Under the pieces are notes generated by a model. It worked only from the letters and a program-made list of their open reading frames with translations, was not told the DNA's origin and made no database searches. Positions 61,361 to 64,000 of a stretch of 64,000 nt of DNA are shown one piece after another. The DNA lies in sequence record MH221129.1. One strand, given 5' to 3'. The position numbers were made by a program, and so were the translations under genes. Every line of letters starts with the position of its first letter. Within the stretch, counting starts at the first letter, position 1.

Positions 61361-61386
61361 AGCTTACACCCCGAAGGGTGTAAGCT
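61361..61386 (-). terminator. Capsid-gene terminator, 11-bp stem, UUCG loop
   Basis: AGCTTACACCC-cgaa-GGGTGTAAGCT with A-tract on plus. Confidence 0.9.
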
Positions 61387-61408
61387 AATCTTAGCGCGTA
61401 GTCATTCC

Positions 61409-63706
61409 TTACGGAGTAACTTGGCCGCCGTTACCGCCGGAGGTGTCGCCACCACCAACATCACCAGCGTTGCCGCCATCGGTACCGTCAGTGCCGTTGG
61501 AAGTAGTAGTGACGTTGTACGCCAGTTTCTCTTCCACGAACTTGGTGATACCTTTAATCCAGATCAGACCAGTGATCGGGCAGTGGCAGATGTGCGCGTT
61601 ACGAGGCTGTACAGCAAGTTCTTTGCTGGTAGCGCCGTTACGTTGGATGTTGATGTTGGTTACCATGATCGGAGACCAGAAGTGGTTACCCCAGTTCAGA
61701 ACACAGTAAGAACCATCGTCGTTGGTCGGAACTTTCAGAACCCATTGCAGACGGCGAGTCCAGCTGCCATCAGCTTCGTTCTTCACACGCCAGCGGTCAT
61801 CGTTGGTGGTGATTACTTCGTACTCGTAACGGTCGCCCAGCAGACGCTGGTCACCCTGAGTCAGAAGCAGCATTGCTGCGGTTGGTTCGTCAGTTGCGAT
61901 AACAACTTTCGGCAGTGCATCCGGATTGGACGTCAGCAGGCGCAGAGCCGGCATGAAGCGAGAATCCTGGATAGCGCGAGTTACCTGGTCACCGATACGC
62001 TGTACCAGACCCTGACGGGCGTTGATGAGCGCATCTTTGGTATCCAGAGACTGGATCACTTTGTCAACTTCGTAGTCGCTTTCGTTGAACCACGGAGCAA
62101 CCCAGTGACGACCCAGACCACGGATAGCCGGTTTATCCCACGGAGTGATCATGGACGCAGCTGCGTTCTTAACCGCTTCGGTGTAGGACAGAGTCTGAGT
62201 GATGGCCAGCATTTCGTTACGGATGTTAACCGCAGAAACCAGGTCGTCCAGACGTTCGGTGTCATCATACTCAACACCAACCGGAGATTTGGTCATGATC
62301 GGAGAACCGTACTGCAGTTTGTAGTTCTCTTGTTCCCAAATCGGGTCGAGCAGCAGGCCCTGAGTACGACGGTTCTCGTTGGTACGAGTACCATCGAAGC
62401 GCCAGCCCAGCAGTTCGATTTTCAGGTTGTCGATGATAACTTTACCGGTACCGGTGGTGATATCAACAGAAGAACCAGCTGCATCGTAGATACCTTCGAT
62501 ATCCAGACGCGCACCAGAGATGTCAACACGACCAGAGTTCTGACCGTTGGTGAACAGGCTCATGGAGATGTTCATGGTGTAACGAACGGTGTAATCGTTC
62601 TGAGCCAGAGCGGCCAGTGCTGGGATTGCAGCACCTTTCCAGTCCAGGGACTTGGAGTTCAGAGAGAACACAGTACGACGGAACTGGAGCACCAGCTCGC
62701 GGCCGTCACCTTCAGGAGGACGCTGGAAGGTAGCGAACTGCATGTCGCGTACGTTCAGTTTGATCAGCGCGCCATCTTTCGCATCTTCGGTCGGCTTACG
62801 GACAGAAATCAGCAGGCTGCCCAGAGCGGCACCCGGCGCGATTTCGTCAGTTTCGTCGTAGCCTTCCTGCACGATGCCAGGGTGAGCAGACAGTTGGAAC
62901 AGGTTCAGACGTTCTTCAGCGAAGGTCAGGTAGTTGGTCGGGTAAGAAGGCACACGACCCAGCTGAACCATTTCGTTTTCGATGATGTCTTCACCGATGA
63001 AGTATTTGCTGTTCTCGCCGGTTTCCATCACATACGGAACGATGCGGATTGCATCATCCTGCAGCACTTTGTGGTTGGACAGCGCGTTGTGCAGCGGCTG
63101 ACGGTTGTCAGTGACAACGTCTTTGGTCAGCAGCGCGTTCAGAATACCACGAGTTACAGTAGTAACTTTGGTACGAACGGTAATACCAACATCGTTGGTG
63201 TCAACGGTGATGGTTGGGAACAGGGTTTCGGCGAACTTGGATTGAGTTTCCAGTGCGCGCACGTTCAGAGTCCAGGTCAGACCCAGGTTTTTGTCCAGGT
63301 CTTTGTTGGTGTAGTATTCGGTTGCGACCAGCGGAGTTTTACCGTAGTCAGCAGCCAGAGTAGCTGCACCAGAAATAGCGATCGGCATGAAGCTGTCGTA
63401 TTTCGGGTTGTTGCTTTCAGTCGCAACGCGGGACATGAACTCTTCTTCGTGACCAGCAGCGCCGAGGATCATTGCCGAAGCAACCTGAGCAGCACGGCTC
63501 ATGGTTTTGCCAGGGAAGGCAGCTTCGTAGTGAGTCTGAGCGGCATCTTTCAGATTACTGAAAGCGGTGTTGTTTTTACGAACAGACTCGCCGGCAACAA
63601 CGGTTGCCCATACGTCGTTTGCGTGAGTACCAGCCTTGGTGGCGGCAACCAGCGCATTGCCCTGCTGGACCAAAGTCTCCAGGTTAGCGATTCGGGTATC
63701 TTTCAT
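61409..63706 (-). CDS. Major capsid protein precursor (phiKZ gp120/SPN3US gp75-like)
   Basis: 765 aa, extreme highly-expressed codon bias, ETLFPTITV, WG...W.P.....I.I.RNG motifs; ATE-130 matches the SPN3US capsid cleavage site as I recall it. Confidence 0.9.
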   Translation of the reverse strand: MKDTRIANLETLVQQGNALVAATKAGTHANDVWATVVAGESVRKNNTAFSNLKDAAQTHYEAAFPGKTMSRAAQVASAMILGAAGHEEEFMSRVATESNNPKYDSFMPIAISGAATLAADYGKTPLVATEYYTNKDLDKNLGLTWTLNVRALETQSKFAETLFPTITVDTNDVGITVRTKVTTVTRGILNALLTKDVVTDNRQPLHNALSNHKVLQDDAIRIVPYVMETGENSKYFIGEDIIENEMVQLGRVPSYPTNYLTFAEERLNLFQLSAHPGIVQEGYDETDEIAPGAALGSLLISVRKPTEDAKDGALIKLNVRDMQFATFQRPPEGDGRELVLQFRRTVFSLNSKSLDWKGAAIPALAALAQNDYTVRYTMNISMSLFTNGQNSGRVDISGARLDIEGIYDAAGSSVDITTGTGKVIIDNLKIELLGWRFDGTRTNENRRTQGLLLDPIWEQENYKLQYGSPIMTKSPVGVEYDDTERLDDLVSAVNIRNEMLAITQTLSYTEAVKNAAASMITPWDKPAIRGLGRHWVAPWFNESDYEVDKVIQSLDTKDALINARQGLVQRIGDQVTRAIQDSRFMPALRLLTSNPDALPKVVIATDEPTAAMLLLTQGDQRLLGDRYEYEVITTNDDRWRVKNEADGSWTRRLQWVLKVPTNDDGSYCVLNWGNHFWSPIMVTNINIQRNGATSKELAVQPRNAHICHCPITGLIWIKGITKFVEEKLAYNVTTTSNGTDGTDGGNAGDVGGGDTSGGNGGQVTP

Positions 63707-64000
63707 TTCAAGTTTACCTTATTAAGTAAATGACATGCGTATAACTGCGTCAGCACTTCATGGGCAGCAAACTGCGTAGACGTGCTGAACGTATCATCCA
63801 CGACGCGAGTCTTGGTACGCATATATTTAAAAAGTTCTGCGCAGAACATCTTTTGTGCCGCGTGGTCCTCACTCAGGGTGAATCCCGGCTGGCCCGGTTT
63901 CGCTTCCGCGAATGATGCCACTATGACATCGCCCCGTTGCGAAAACACCCAACGTAGACGACCGTCGAATGATTCCCCATATAAATCACAGAGAGAATCC
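63703..64000 (-). CDS. Partial gene (3-prime part) upstream of the capsid gene
   Basis: Frame of ORF 63703..63948 stays open to the window end. Confidence 0.7.
   Translation of the reverse strand, partial: DSLCDLYGESFDGRLRWVFSQRGDVIVASFAEAKPGQPGFTLSEDHAAQKMFCAELFKYMRTKTRVVDDTFSTSTQFAAHEVLTQLYACHLLNKVNLK

Noticed and set aside
61421-63733. 770-aa plus-strand ORF antisense to the capsid gene
   Set aside because: Exact antisense of a highly expressed gene that avoids TTA/CTA/TCA codons, which removes stops on the opposite strand; no RBS, no motifs, and composition typical of a shadow ORF
1-64000. tRNA, rRNA, integrase, transposase, chimallin or PhuZ genes
   Set aside because: None recognised by eye; tRNAscan-SE and HMM searches would be needed to exclude them formally

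Overview
64 kb segment of a phiKZ-like (Chimalliviridae-type) jumbo myophage, most similar in organisation to the SPN3US/phiEaH2 group of enterobacterial phages (assignment from recalled motifs and gene order, not a database search). Nearly all genes are on the minus strand; only the portal is on plus. Reading in the transcription direction (right to left): conserved core (major capsid protein, non-virion RNA polymerase beta-type subunit, portal, baseplate/neck proteins, RuvC-like resolvase; 47-64 kb). Next is a ~35 kb accessory region (11.5-47 kb) split into modules by UUCG-type terminators and a repeated 26-bp early-promoter motif. It encodes a thymidylate kinase, a Dam methylase embedded among three tandem-GNAT genes, two more GNATs, an HslU-like AAA+ ATPase flanked by two degenerate prohead-protease paralogs, a QueC-like PP-loop protein, an XRE HTH protein, a SLOG protein and a GH8-like 1002-aa glycosidase module. 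Last is an array of paralogous baseplate/tail-fibre genes (1-11.3 kb). No CRISPR array, tRNA, rRNA, integrase or transposase was recognised. The best candidates for undescribed systems are the HslU plus pseudo-protease operon, the GNAT-Dam-GNAT-GNAT operon, and a recurring quasi-palindromic leader motif next to Shine-Dalgarno sites.
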